Shown piece by piece: positions 9,501 to 19,093 of a stretch of 64,000 nt of DNA. The DNA comes from Candidatus Hermodarchaeota archaeon (GTDB lineage: Archaea; Asgardarchaeota; Lokiarchaeia; Sigyniarchaeales; SOKP01), in NCBI GenBank assembly GCA_048885925.1, contig JBHLLG010000004.1, forward strand, positions 19,503 to 83,502. Reading direction: 5' to 3'. Every line of letters begins with the position of its first letter. Position 1 is the first letter of the stretch. Below the pieces are notes generated by a model, which had not been told where the DNA came from, searched no databases, and was given only the letters and a program-made list of their open reading frames with translations. A program made the translations under genes and the position numbers.

Positions 9501-9893
9501 ATGAAACAGAAAGAGATCTATAAATGTAATGTATGTGGAAAAGTTATAGAAATTCTTAATCCAACAGCTGAAGAAACAATGTGTCATGATAAAGCTATGC
9601 AGTTAATGACACCACAATGGAAAGAATGGAAAACTGAGAAACACGTACCTAAAATTACAATTGAAGGCAATAAAGTTACAGTTGATGTTGGAATTTCAAT
9701 GGGCACTCCACATCCTATGACAAATGAACATTGGATAATGTGGATTGAGATTATATGCAAAGATGGATGCTATGAAAGACGATTTTTAAAGCCTGGAGAT
9801 GAACCGAAAGCAACTTTTACTTTAGCTAAACCTGAAGGTCTTATTGCTAGAGAATATTGCAATTTACATGGATTATGGATTTCTCAGAAATAA
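9501..9893 (+). CDS. dfx: Superoxide reductase (desulfoferrodoxin-type)
   Basis: EKHVP motif, HPMTNEHWIMWIE and YCNLHGLW centre-II ligands. The N-terminal desulforedoxin-like domain has CNVCG and a single Cys (MCHD) where Dfx has CC. Confidence 0.9.
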   Translation: MKQKEIYKCNVCGKVIEILNPTAEETMCHDKAMQLMTPQWKEWKTEKHVPKITIEGNKVTVDVGISMGTPHPMTNEHWIMWIEIICKDGCYERRFLKPGDEPKATFTLAKPEGLIAREYCNLHGLWISQK

Positions 9894-9999
9894 AAATAAA
9901 TTTTTTTTATTTTTTTTTTATTATATCAATTAAATGTAATTAAACCTGTATACGTATTAAATTAATAAAAAATGCATCAGAATTTATCAGATTAATCAA

Positions 10000-11355
10000 A
10001 TGTCCTTACCTTTACAAATTTTTGTCATTCTTTGTTTTGCTGTCATTATAATTGCTCTTTTCCGCGAAAAAACTGATTTTTTAGCATATAGTATAGTGTC
10101 TATGTTAGCTGCAGGTACAGCTACATATCTTTTTTCACCAACTAAAATACAAATTGAGGACTTTTTTCAGGCAATAGACTGGACTGTAATTTTTTTTTTA
10201 ATTTCAATGTTTACTATTGTAGCAATATTAGAGGATAAACATATTTTTAATGAAATTGCATTACGAATAACTAAAAAATTCCATACTAACACCCGAAGGT
10301 TTTTTTGGGTAATTTGTTTAATTTCAACATTATCCGCTGCCTTTATTGAAGATATTTCAGTTGCAGTAATTTTTATTCCCATGATAATAAATACTAGCCA
10401 AAAAATGCGAATTAATCCTACTCCTATATTAATGGGAATGACAATTTGCATCAATCTTGCTGCTACATTGACTCCTTTTGGATCTGCTCAAAATATTTTA
10501 ATTGCCGATAAATTTGGTTTAACTTCAATCTGGTTTTTTGTTAACTTAGGATTATATTTTATTTTTACAGTTTTTATAACACTATTTCTACTAGATAAAT
10601 TTTTTCTTAAAAAGCATTTAAAAGAAATTTGGGATCCATATTGCGATGAATTTGGAGTACCAATACCTCAAAAATATATAAAAGAGCACGAATTAATAAT
10701 CATGGAGAATTCCATTAACTCCAAAGCGTTTTATAAAAATTTATTTGCTTTGTTAATATTATTTGCCTTATTAATTCTTATACCAAATATTTTATTTGTA
10801 GGTCTTTTTGGAATGTTGCTTTTTGTTTTTATTAACCCCCGATTAAAAGAATCGGGGAGAAAGCAACCAGATATATCTCATTACCTCAAAAAAGTAGACT
10901 TTAAGCTAATCTTTTTCTTTATATGTTTATTTGTTTTAGTCTATTGTTTTGAGGTTACTGGAATTATTGGTATTATTGAAGAATTTATAAATTTCATTGC
11001 TCCAGAACATATTTTTTTATTATCTATCTTCGTTTTAGTCTTTACATCTATTCTTTCTGGATTTCTTGACAATGTCCCTGTGACAGTAATTTTTATCCCA
11101 GTTATACATCTATTAGTTTCTTCTGGATTTTCCGCTGCACCTCTCTTAATTGCATTTATATTAGGTATTAATTTAGGAGGTAATTTCTTACCTCAAGGAT
11201 CCGCAGCAGACATGATGACTTTAGAACTTTCTACTAAATATTGTGTTGATGGTATGAATTATAAGAGACTATTGAAAATAGGAGGTTTATTTGCGTTATT
11301 TCACATTATATTAGGAATTGTTTATCTTGCTGTAATCACTTTCTTATTTTACTAA
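10000..11355 (+). CDS. Polytopic anion/ion permease, ArsB/NhaD (CitMHS-like) superfamily
   Basis: 451 aa and highly hydrophobic, with two repeated halves separated by a hydrophilic loop. Family assignment is by overall pattern only. Confidence 0.55.
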   Translation: MSLPLQIFVILCFAVIIIALFREKTDFLAYSIVSMLAAGTATYLFSPTKIQIEDFFQAIDWTVIFFLISMFTIVAILEDKHIFNEIALRITKKFHTNTRRFFWVICLISTLSAAFIEDISVAVIFIPMIINTSQKMRINPTPILMGMTICINLAATLTPFGSAQNILIADKFGLTSIWFFVNLGLYFIFTVFITLFLLDKFFLKKHLKEIWDPYCDEFGVPIPQKYIKEHELIIMENSINSKAFYKNLFALLILFALLILIPNILFVGLFGMLLFVFINPRLKESGRKQPDISHYLKKVDFKLIFFFICLFVLVYCFEVTGIIGIIEEFINFIAPEHIFLLSIFVLVFTSILSGFLDNVPVTVIFIPVIHLLVSSGFSAAPLLIAFILGINLGGNFLPQGSAADMMTLELSTKYCVDGMNYKRLLKIGGLFALFHIILGIVYLAVITFLFY

Positions 11356-11389
11356 ATTTGCTTTAATTTTGAAATAGAGGTATTAAAAG

Positions 11390-11938
11390 TTGGCAAAAAA
11401 CAAAGCAATAATTTTGGATAGAGATGGAACATTAATTGAAGATAAGGATTATGCTTATAAAGTCGAAGATTTTGAATTATTACCCGGAGTTATTGAAGGG
11501 TTAAGATTACTTAGCAATCTATTTCTCCTTTTTATAGTAACCAATCAATCAGGTATAGGAAGAGGTTATTATACTATTCAAGATTTTCATAATTTTAATA
11601 ATCATTTATTAAAGACTTTAAAAAGTGAAAAAATTAACATTCTAAAAACTTATTTTTGTCCTCATATAAGAAAAGATAATTGTGAATGTCGAAAACCTAA
11701 AACTAAATTTATTGATGATATAATTAATGAATTTGATATTGATACTAAAAGATCATGGATGATTGGTGATCATCCATCAGATATAGAATTTGGTATAAAT
11801 GCTGGTTGTAAAACGATTTTCCTTACTACCGGACATGGCGATAAACACATAGATGAATTAGAAACTCTTGGAATAAAGCCAACTATGATATGTAATAATT
11901 TTTTAGAAGCCGCAAAACAAATTCTAAAGAATTCTTAA
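11390..11938 (+). CDS. gmhB: HAD-IIIA phosphatase, GmhB / histidinol-phosphatase-like
   Basis: DRDGTLIED, TNQSGIGRGY, Zn motif CPH...CECRKPK, MIGD. TTG start. Confidence 0.8.
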   Translation: MAKNKAIILDRDGTLIEDKDYAYKVEDFELLPGVIEGLRLLSNLFLLFIVTNQSGIGRGYYTIQDFHNFNNHLLKTLKSEKINILKTYFCPHIRKDNCECRKPKTKFIDDIINEFDIDTKRSWMIGDHPSDIEFGINAGCKTIFLTTGHGDKHIDELETLGIKPTMICNNFLEAAKQILKNS

Positions 11939-12027
11939 GTCTTAACTCTTATAAGAGATTATTATAAAAGTACAGGATGATACTATTATATCATAATTAG
12001 ATGTAAGAATATAATGTCATTCTAGTA

Positions 12028-12516
12028 ATGTTCTTTAAGAAATTAAATAATGCTGGTTTATGGGATAAAATTCAAAAGTTACGGGAATTAATTAAGGTCG
12101 AACAGCATTTTAAGAAAAGAATATGCTGGAATTGTAAGAAAGATTTGAATATTTATGATTTTCTTAGTGATAATGTTAATTTAACTCCCGAATATATTCT
12201 AAGATTATGGCAAACACACATTTTAGAGTTTCATTGTTGTGAATGTTTTAGATATCTTAAAATCCATGAATTAAAGAACATTGAAAAAGAGTTGAGTGAA
12301 AGAAATTGTTTATTTTGTGAAACTCCAATGGATATATATAAGTTTAGTAAATTCCATAGTTATTTGAAAATTCATGAGATCAAAGCTCTATGGTTAGATA
12401 CAAATTTTCAAGTTTTTTGCGATAACTTATGCCAACGCAAATATTATAAAACTTATTACGATTTTCTTAACAAAAGGAAATTAGAAAAACAGAACCAATT
12501 AAAAAATAAAAATTAG
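12028..12516 (+). CDS. Hypothetical Cys-rich protein with two zinc-ribbon-like modules
   Basis: Internal repeat CWNCKK...CCECFRYLKIHELK and CLFCET...YLKIHEIK...CDNLC. No family recognised. Confidence 0.4.
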   Translation: MFFKKLNNAGLWDKIQKLRELIKVEQHFKKRICWNCKKDLNIYDFLSDNVNLTPEYILRLWQTHILEFHCCECFRYLKIHELKNIEKELSERNCLFCETPMDIYKFSKFHSYLKIHEIKALWLDTNFQVFCDNLCQRKYYKTYYDFLNKRKLEKQNQLKNKN

Positions 12517-12548
12517 AAATAAAAAATTAATATTTTTAAGATTTTCTT

Positions 12549-13727
12549 TTAATTTCTCTTTTTCCCAAGAAAAGGCATAGCATGCTCATACTGTTTCATA
12601 ACAAATCGTGAGATAACAATTCTTTGAATCTCACTTGTTCCTTCATAAATTTGATAGAGTTTTGCATCTCTAAATAATTTCTCGACAGGATATGTCCTTA
12701 AGTAACCATAACCCCCAAATATTTGAACTGCTTCCGTTGTTACGTTCATAGCGACATCCGAAGCGAAAGCTTTAGCTATTGAGGAACTCAAATTATTATC
12801 CATACCTTGATCAGCTTCCCATGCTGCTTTATAAGTCAATAACCGAGCAGCTTCAATATCTTTATACATGTTAGCTATTTTTTCTTGAATAACTTGATAA
12901 TTTCCAATTGGTCTTCCAAAAGCTTCTCTCTTTTGAGCATAATCGAGAGAATATTCCATCGCGGAACGAGCACAACCACATGCAAACGCACCTATTGCAG
13001 GGCGAGTATGAGCAAATGTTTGCATAGCCAAAACAAATCCTCTTCCTGGTTTAGCTAGAATATTTTCTTTTGGGATCCTTACATCTTTTAAACCAACTGA
13101 TACCGTGTTTGACGATCTTTGACCTAATTTAGGGATATGTTTACCTAATCTTACTCCTTCGCTTTTCGTATCTACAATAAAAGCTGCGATCCCTTTATGT
13201 TTTTTTTCAGGATCTACAGTCGCAAACACGGTAATATAATCAGCAAATCCTCCGTTAGTAATCCAAAACTTATTTCCATTTAATATAAATTCATCTCCAT
13301 CTTTTTCTGCTAGACATTTCATTCCAGCAACATCAGAACCCATCGTTGGTTCAGATGTAGCAAAAGCAATCAATTTAAACTCATTAACTAATTCACTTAA
13401 AATCCTTTTTTTTTGCTCTTCATTCCCTCCTATAACAATAGGTTCAGCACCTAGGTTATTATCAAAGATTGAAGTTGCAATTCCAGGACATGCCGAAGAT
13501 ATTTCCTCAACAACAAGACAGGAGCTTAATAAACCAAGGCCAGGACCACCATACTCTTTGGGTATTCCTAAATTTAATAATTTTTCCTCCCAAGCTTTTT
13601 TAATAACTGGTAATGGAAATTCTTCAGATTCATCATATTTTTGCGCTACTGGTAAAACTTCGCGAATTGCAAACTCTCTTGCTTTTTTTTGTAATGCTTT
13701 TTGCTCCTCATTTAGCATGAAATCCAT
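12549..13727 (-). CDS. Acyl-CoA dehydrogenase (short/medium-chain type)
   Basis: Full-length ACAD pattern: FATSEPTMGSDVAG, KFWITNGG, QIFGGYGY, YEGTSEIQR. Confidence 0.9.
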   Translation of the reverse strand: MDFMLNEEQKALQKKAREFAIREVLPVAQKYDESEEFPLPVIKKAWEEKLLNLGIPKEYGGPGLGLLSSCLVVEEISSACPGIATSIFDNNLGAEPIVIGGNEEQKKRILSELVNEFKLIAFATSEPTMGSDVAGMKCLAEKDGDEFILNGNKFWITNGGFADYITVFATVDPEKKHKGIAAFIVDTKSEGVRLGKHIPKLGQRSSNTVSVGLKDVRIPKENILAKPGRGFVLAMQTFAHTRPAIGAFACGCARSAMEYSLDYAQKREAFGRPIGNYQVIQEKIANMYKDIEAARLLTYKAAWEADQGMDNNLSSSIAKAFASDVAMNVTTEAVQIFGGYGYLRTYPVEKLFRDAKLYQIYEGTSEIQRIVISRFVMKQYEHAMPFLGKKRN

Positions 13728-13743
13728 TATTATTTCTCTCCTT

Positions 13744-14949
13744 TTACCCCATTTTCTTTATTAATTTATCCACAATATTCTTAAAGTCCAAATCTTCTGG
13801 TCTTGGAACAAATTTTATTTCGATTATTTCTTCCATCACATCAATTTTAGCAGCTTTCATTAATTCAACAATTTCTTTTACTGCTCCTCCACCCCAACCA
13901 TATGAACCAAAAGCCAACCCAACTTTATTCATTGGCTTTAAACCTTTTTGATAAGATAAGTATTCTGCAACAGTTGGATATAATCCGTTATTTAGGGTAG
14001 GACTTCCAACTAAGATAGCTTTAGCTTTCATAGCCTCCGTAATTACATCTGAATAGTCAGCATTAGTTAATCTATACCTTTTTACTGGAATTCCTCGAAG
14101 TTTAATTTCATTTGTTAATGCTTTAGCTATTTTTGCAGTACTTTCCCACATTGAATCGTATACAATGAGGACGCTTTTTACATCAATTTCTCCCTTACTC
14201 CATTTTGTATATCTCTCCAATATCTCTGGAATATGACTTCTCCAACAAATCCCGTGAGATGTACAAATAACTTCAATTGGTAAGGATCCAACTTTAGGTA
14301 AAGCTTTTGCTATTAACCCAGAAAGATGTTGTAATATATTGGCATAATATTTCTCTGCTTCTTGAAACACTTCACTAAGATCATTTTCATCATCCCAACG
14401 TTTTGATGTTGCATAATGTTGTCCAAATGCATCATTTGAAAACAATACATTTTTACCATGCTCATCACTCATAAAAGAGACCATAGAGTCAGGCCAGTGT
14501 ATCATAGGAATAGGTACAAATGTAAATTTCTTACCATTTCCAATGTCTAAAGTATCTCCTTCCTCAACAGCTCTAATTCTTTTAAATAATTCATCATCTA
14601 CTTCGTCATGATAATGAGCTTTTAATATATCAACCCCTCGCTTCGAAGCAATTAGCTCGGCATTAGGAAGATACTTAATAATTAATGGAAATGACCCAGA
14701 ATGATCCATCTCAACGTGATTTGTTATAAAATAATCAATCTCAGAAGGATCACATATTTCTTTAATATTATGTAAAAAATATTCAAAGTAAGGACGCTTA
14801 ATAGTATCAATCAATACTGTTTTTTTTCCTTTTACAATATATGCATTATAAGAACTAGCTCGATGTGTAGAATATCCATGGAAATTTCTCACTTCCCAAT
14901 CTACATAACCAACATAATAGATATCTTTCATCATTTCTAAATGTTCCAT
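13744..14949 (-). CDS. fprA: Flavodiiron protein (FprA / rubredoxin:oxygen oxidoreductase type)
   Basis: Metallo-beta-lactamase-like diiron motif HVEMDHSGS plus a C-terminal flavodoxin domain (ILVGSPTLNNG). Confidence 0.9.
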   Translation of the reverse strand: MEHLEMMKDIYYVGYVDWEVRNFHGYSTHRASSYNAYIVKGKKTVLIDTIKRPYFEYFLHNIKEICDPSEIDYFITNHVEMDHSGSFPLIIKYLPNAELIASKRGVDILKAHYHDEVDDELFKRIRAVEEGDTLDIGNGKKFTFVPIPMIHWPDSMVSFMSDEHGKNVLFSNDAFGQHYATSKRWDDENDLSEVFQEAEKYYANILQHLSGLIAKALPKVGSLPIEVICTSHGICWRSHIPEILERYTKWSKGEIDVKSVLIVYDSMWESTAKIAKALTNEIKLRGIPVKRYRLTNADYSDVITEAMKAKAILVGSPTLNNGLYPTVAEYLSYQKGLKPMNKVGLAFGSYGWGGGAVKEIVELMKAAKIDVMEEIIEIKFVPRPEDLDFKNIVDKLIKKMG

Positions 14950-15097
14950 TTCAATTTCACCTTTTTATAATAGGATTTGATAATTATTTCGTAATAGTAA
15001 TTCAAATCAAATTAAAAACTTATATTCTATTTATTATAAAATTTTTTTAGAAATTTTGCAATGAAAAAAAAATTAAAAAGAAGTAAGATTTTATAGA

Positions 15098-15235
15098 TTA
15101 TTCGATTTTCTCAAACAGATCCTTTCCCACACCACAAACAGGACAAGTCCAGTCATCTGGTAAATCTTCAAACTTGGTTCCCTCAGCTTCTTCATCATAC
15201 ACATATCCGCAAGCTTGACATTCCCATTTTCCCAT
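15098..15235 (-). CDS. rub: Rubredoxin (45 aa, below ORF-track size cut-off)
   Basis: Hand translation gives [45 protein letters not shown]. Canonical CxxCG...CPxCG with the DLPDDW motif. Confidence 0.85.
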   Translation of the reverse strand: MGKWECQACGYVYDEEAEGTKFEDLPDDWTCPVCGVGKDLFEKIE

Positions 15236-15494
15236 CAATATCACTTTCACTTAATTTTAAGTTGTACTATATAATTTTATGGATTGTAATTGAATGTATA
15301 TAAAAAATATTAATTTAATATTTTATAAATATAAAACTATTCTTTTAGTGTTTCTAATTTAGGTTTTTTATTGATATTCGGGGTATAATCTATTGTTCTT
15401 CCTTAGAAAATCACAAAATTTTATGATTAAATTAATTAAATTAGATAAGAATTAGATTTATCTATTTTTATAAATAATGTTTTTTTTCATTTTA

Positions 15495-15644
15495 CTATTT
15501 TGGTAATTCTTTTTTAAGGAAGAAATTTTTTGATGATCTGCATTTTGGGCAACTATAATCATCGCTTACCTGTTCAAATGGAACTTCCCTTTCTTCATCA
15601 ATATAAAGGTAATTACATCTTCTACAACGGTATATAGGAATCAA
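15495..15644 (-). CDS. Rubredoxin-like small zinc-ribbon protein (49 aa)
   Basis: Hand translation gives (TTG)IPIYRCRRCNYLYIDEEREVPFEQVSDDYSCPKCRSSKNFFLKKELPK. Rubredoxin spacing of CxxC...CxxC. It lies 12 nt downstream of the NROR stop. Only a TTG start is available. Confidence 0.5.
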   Translation of the reverse strand: MIPIYRCRRCNYLYIDEEREVPFEQVSDDYSCPKCRSSKNFFLKKELPK

Positions 15645-15655
15645 TAATCATCTCT

Positions 15656-16999
15656 TTATTCTTTTCTTTTATACCTACTTTTAGAAGCACCACATTCACA
15701 TTTAAAATCGTCTGGGAGATCCTTAAAAAGAACGTCCATTTTAATTTCATCGTATTCTTTGCCACAATTTTCACATTTATAAACATATAATTCTAATAAT
15801 TTTCTCAATTCATCTCTATCTACATCTTGTTCCATCTTTTTATTAACATATGAATTAGCTTTAGTTTCTCCAAATAAAATTGCTCCTTTAAGTTTATTAT
15901 CTTTTAAAATTATTTTTTGGTAGCAACAGTCTTTTTTATCTGCTTTTTTTAATATTTCCCATCCTCCACCATGTTCTTTTGAAGGATCGATTACCCCAAT
16001 TGAAGTTAAATCAAGACCTACAATTTTCAAAGTGTTCTTAGGAGTGGTTCCTTCATACTTTACTTTTTTTGCTCCAAGTACAGATGCTGCTACTATTTTT
16101 GATTGCTCCATACATGCTGGAATAATACCCCATATCTGATTTTTATATTCTATGCAATCTCCAACAGCGAATATATCTTTTATATTAGTCTCTAAGAATT
16201 CATTTACAATAATACCTCTGTTTGTTTCAATATTTGCATCTTTAGCGATATCTATTGTTGGGGTAATTCCGGCTTGTATTAAAACAAGATCTGCTTCTAA
16301 TTTCTTTCCACCTTTTAACTTTATTCCAGAAACTTTCCCATCTCCGAGGATTTCCTCTGTTACCGCATCTAAAACCACCATTATTCCTCTATTTTCAATT
16401 TCTTCTTTTAACATAGTACCACATTCAGCATCTAATTGCCTGGGAAGCAATTGAGGAAAAAATTCAACTACAGTTGTATCTAACTTACAAAATTTTATTT
16501 GGTTTGCCAATTCTAAACCAAGTAATCCGCCTCCAATTATAATAGCCTTCTTAACTTCATTTTTTTTAATATGATTTTTTATTTCAAGCGCATCATCAAT
16601 ATTTCGTAGTGTAAATACTCCTTTTTTGTTAATATTCATTTCAATTGCATTTTTAATTGGAGGTATATTTGGAGTACTACCTAAAGCTAAAATTAACTTA
16701 TCATATCCAATAGAATTATTTTCTCCATTGAGATATATTTCTTTAACCTTAGGATCAATGCTATTAACTTTTTTATTTAAATATAAATTCAATTCTTTAT
16801 TTTTATACCAATCTTCTTTGAAAACAATTAAATCTTCAATCTTTACATTATCGGAGATTAATTCGGGTAATTTAACTCGAGTATAATATGGATAGCTCTC
16901 TTGAGTATAAATTTCAATTTCAACATGATTATTAAGATAACGGATATTTTGAGCGGTAAAGGTACCCGCTACATTATTCCCTATTATAATAACTTTCAT
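15656..16999 (-). CDS. NAD(P)H:rubredoxin oxidoreductase-like FAD protein with C-terminal rubredoxin-like domain
   Basis: KVIIIGNNVAGT (FAD), AIIIGGGLLGLELA (NAD), AVGDC. The C-terminus has YKCENCGKEY...LPDDFKCECG. Confidence 0.85.
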   Translation of the reverse strand: MKVIIIGNNVAGTFTAQNIRYLNNHVEIEIYTQESYPYYTRVKLPELISDNVKIEDLIVFKEDWYKNKELNLYLNKKVNSIDPKVKEIYLNGENNSIGYDKLILALGSTPNIPPIKNAIEMNINKKGVFTLRNIDDALEIKNHIKKNEVKKAIIIGGGLLGLELANQIKFCKLDTTVVEFFPQLLPRQLDAECGTMLKEEIENRGIMVVLDAVTEEILGDGKVSGIKLKGGKKLEADLVLIQAGITPTIDIAKDANIETNRGIIVNEFLETNIKDIFAVGDCIEYKNQIWGIIPACMEQSKIVAASVLGAKKVKYEGTTPKNTLKIVGLDLTSIGVIDPSKEHGGGWEILKKADKKDCCYQKIILKDNKLKGAILFGETKANSYVNKKMEQDVDRDELRKLLELYVYKCENCGKEYDEIKMDVLFKDLPDDFKCECGASKSRYKRKE

Positions 17000-17156
17000 A
17001 GAATAATTAGTTTATACATCTTATTTTAAAGTTTTCTTTATATATTGTAATCTCAAATTATATTCTTTATGAACAAGTTCTAAATCAAATTTAAATCAAA
17101 ATGAATTATAATTTAAATTAATTAATTTTAAAAAAACTGTAAAAAAGTGGTAATTT

Positions 17157-19093
17157 ATGAAAAACGATAGAATTTCTTATCATAAGTCTGTTCAAAAAGC
17201 TTATGAAAGACTTAAAAAAGATGGCATGAATAACATTTGGGATCGCTTTGAAGCACAAGGATTTGGAGGTGTCCCTGATAAGCGATGTCCATTTTGCTTA
17301 AAAGGAGCTCGCTGTGATTTATGCTCTAATGGTCCATGTAGAGCAGATTCCTCAATTGATAAACATGGTGTATGTGGTATTACTGCAGATGGGATGGCTA
17401 TGCGGATGATGCTCCTTAGAAATGTTATGGGTGCATCTACTTACCATTATCATACTGAAACGACTTTGAAGACCTTAAAGGCAACGGTAGAAGGTCAAAC
17501 TCCATTTAAAATTGCTGAACCTGATAAATTGAAAAGTTTTACCGAACGATTAGGGTTGGATACATCTGGTTCAGAGAAAGAAATTGCATTAAGCCTATAT
17601 AACTTTGTAAAGGAAGATTTCAATAGATCCTATGATGAACCAAGTAAAATTGTAGAGAAATTAGCACCACTTGAAAGACAAGAAGTATGGAAAAAATTAG
17701 GAATTTTTCCAGGTGGACTATATGGCGAAATGATGTTCTCAACAAGCTCTTGCCTTACAAATGTAGATGGATATTATGCAAGTTTAGCTCTCAAAGCAAT
17801 GAGACTTGGGATTGCGATGGCTTACCAAAGCCAAATTGTCAATGAATTCACTCAGGATATTTTATTTAATATTCCCAGACCTCATATTATGAGAGTGAAT
17901 CTTGGGGTATTAGACCCAGATTATGTAAATGTACTCCCTAATGGCCATGAACCATTCTTAGGGTTTGCAATGGTTCAACTTGCACGTAAATCTGAATGGC
18001 AAGAAAAAGCAAAAGCCGTTGGTGCAAGAGGTCTAAGAATAATCGCAAATATTGAAACTGGGCAGGAAATGATACAAAGATGGGAAATGGATGATGTATT
18101 TTATGGATTTACGGGAAATTGGATCATGCAAGAAGCAATTTTGGCAAGTGGTTGTATTGATGCTTTTGTTTGTGATATGAATTGCTGTATGCCAATTGAT
18201 CCTATATATGCAAAAAAATATAAATTCAAATTAGTCCCAGTCTCTGAAGTTGTAGCCTTTGAGGGCATAACTGAAAGAGTAGATTATAAACCCGATAAAG
18301 GTGAAGAACAAGCTGCAATGTTACTACAAATGGCAATAGATAATTTTAAGGAGCGCAGAGCAAACATAGAACCTATTACTGGTTTAGATATGAATGAAGC
18401 AGTAGTTGGTTTTTCAAGTGAAAGTATTGTTGCAGCTCTCGGAGGTACACTTGGACCATTACTCGATCTAATAAAGAATGGAACTATACGAGGAGTTGCT
18501 GGATTAATATCATGCACAACGCTTAGGGATTATGGACAAGATGTACATACAATTGACGTGGCTAAAGAATTAATTAAACGAGACATTTTGGTATTATCAA
18601 TGGGGTGCGGTAATGGTGCATTACAAGTTGGAGGATTATGTTTACCAGAAGCTAAAGACTTGGCAGGTCCCGGTCTTAAAGCAGTTTGTGAAAAACTTGG
18701 AATTCCTCCAGTTCTTAGCTATGGAACATGTACAGATACAGGGAGAGTTGCTGATTTATTAGGCTCAATTTCCGCTGCACTTGGCGGAGTCCCAATTCCA
18801 GATTTACCCGTTGTAGCTGCAGCTCCAGAATATATTACTAATATTTTCTAGATTAGTAAGTTCCAATGGAGCAAAAAGCGTCGATAGATGCTCTCTTCGC
18901 ACTGGCTTTCGGATTATATACCTACGTAAATCCTGTTCTCACAATCACGGGCGGTGCAGATTTAATGAAGTTATTAACTGAAGACTTGAAGCATCTCACA
19001 GGTGGAGTATTACATATGGAACTTGACACAAAAGAAGCGATAGAGAATATGTTAAAGCATATTGAAGCAAATAGGAAGAAGTTAGGTATTTAA
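17157..19093 (+). CDS. cooS: CooS-family (Ni-CODH / CooS-V-like) protein, interrupted; proposed join(17157..18833,18866..19093)
   Basis: N-terminal Cys cluster CPFCLKGARCDLCSNGPCRA...GVCGITA. C-cluster-region motifs NGHEP, CDMNCCMP, GLISCTT, SMGCGNG, YGTCTDTGR. The C-terminal 75 aa (MEQKASIDA...TGGVLHMELD) lie in another frame, 32 nt downstream of APEY. Confidence 0.85.
18834..18865 (+). other. Putative BHB (bulge-helix-bulge) intron, 32 nt, within the cooS-like gene
   Basis: Outer helix 18822-27/18867-72 (6 bp); bulge CAA 18864-66; 4-bp helix 18828-31/18860-63; bulge AUA 18832-34; inner 8-bp helix 18835-42/18852-59; 9-nt loop carrying the TAG. Excision restores the frame. 18835..18866 gives the identical product. 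Confidence 0.6.

Noticed and set aside
16152-16886. Plus-strand ORFs 16152..16454 and 16626..16886.
   Set aside because: They lie antisense inside the NROR gene. They are Ser/Ile/Phe-rich shadow frames with no recognisable domain.
18849-18851. The in-frame TAG in cooS as a pyrrolysine codon, stop-codon read-through or simple programmed frameshift site.
   Set aside because: Read-through stays in the wrong frame and hits another TAG at 18882-18884. The C-terminal exon is offset by 2 nt. A frameshift alone would leave about 10 residues that have no counterpart in homologs. Excision of exactly 32 nt, supported by the BHB fold, gives a gap-free alignment.
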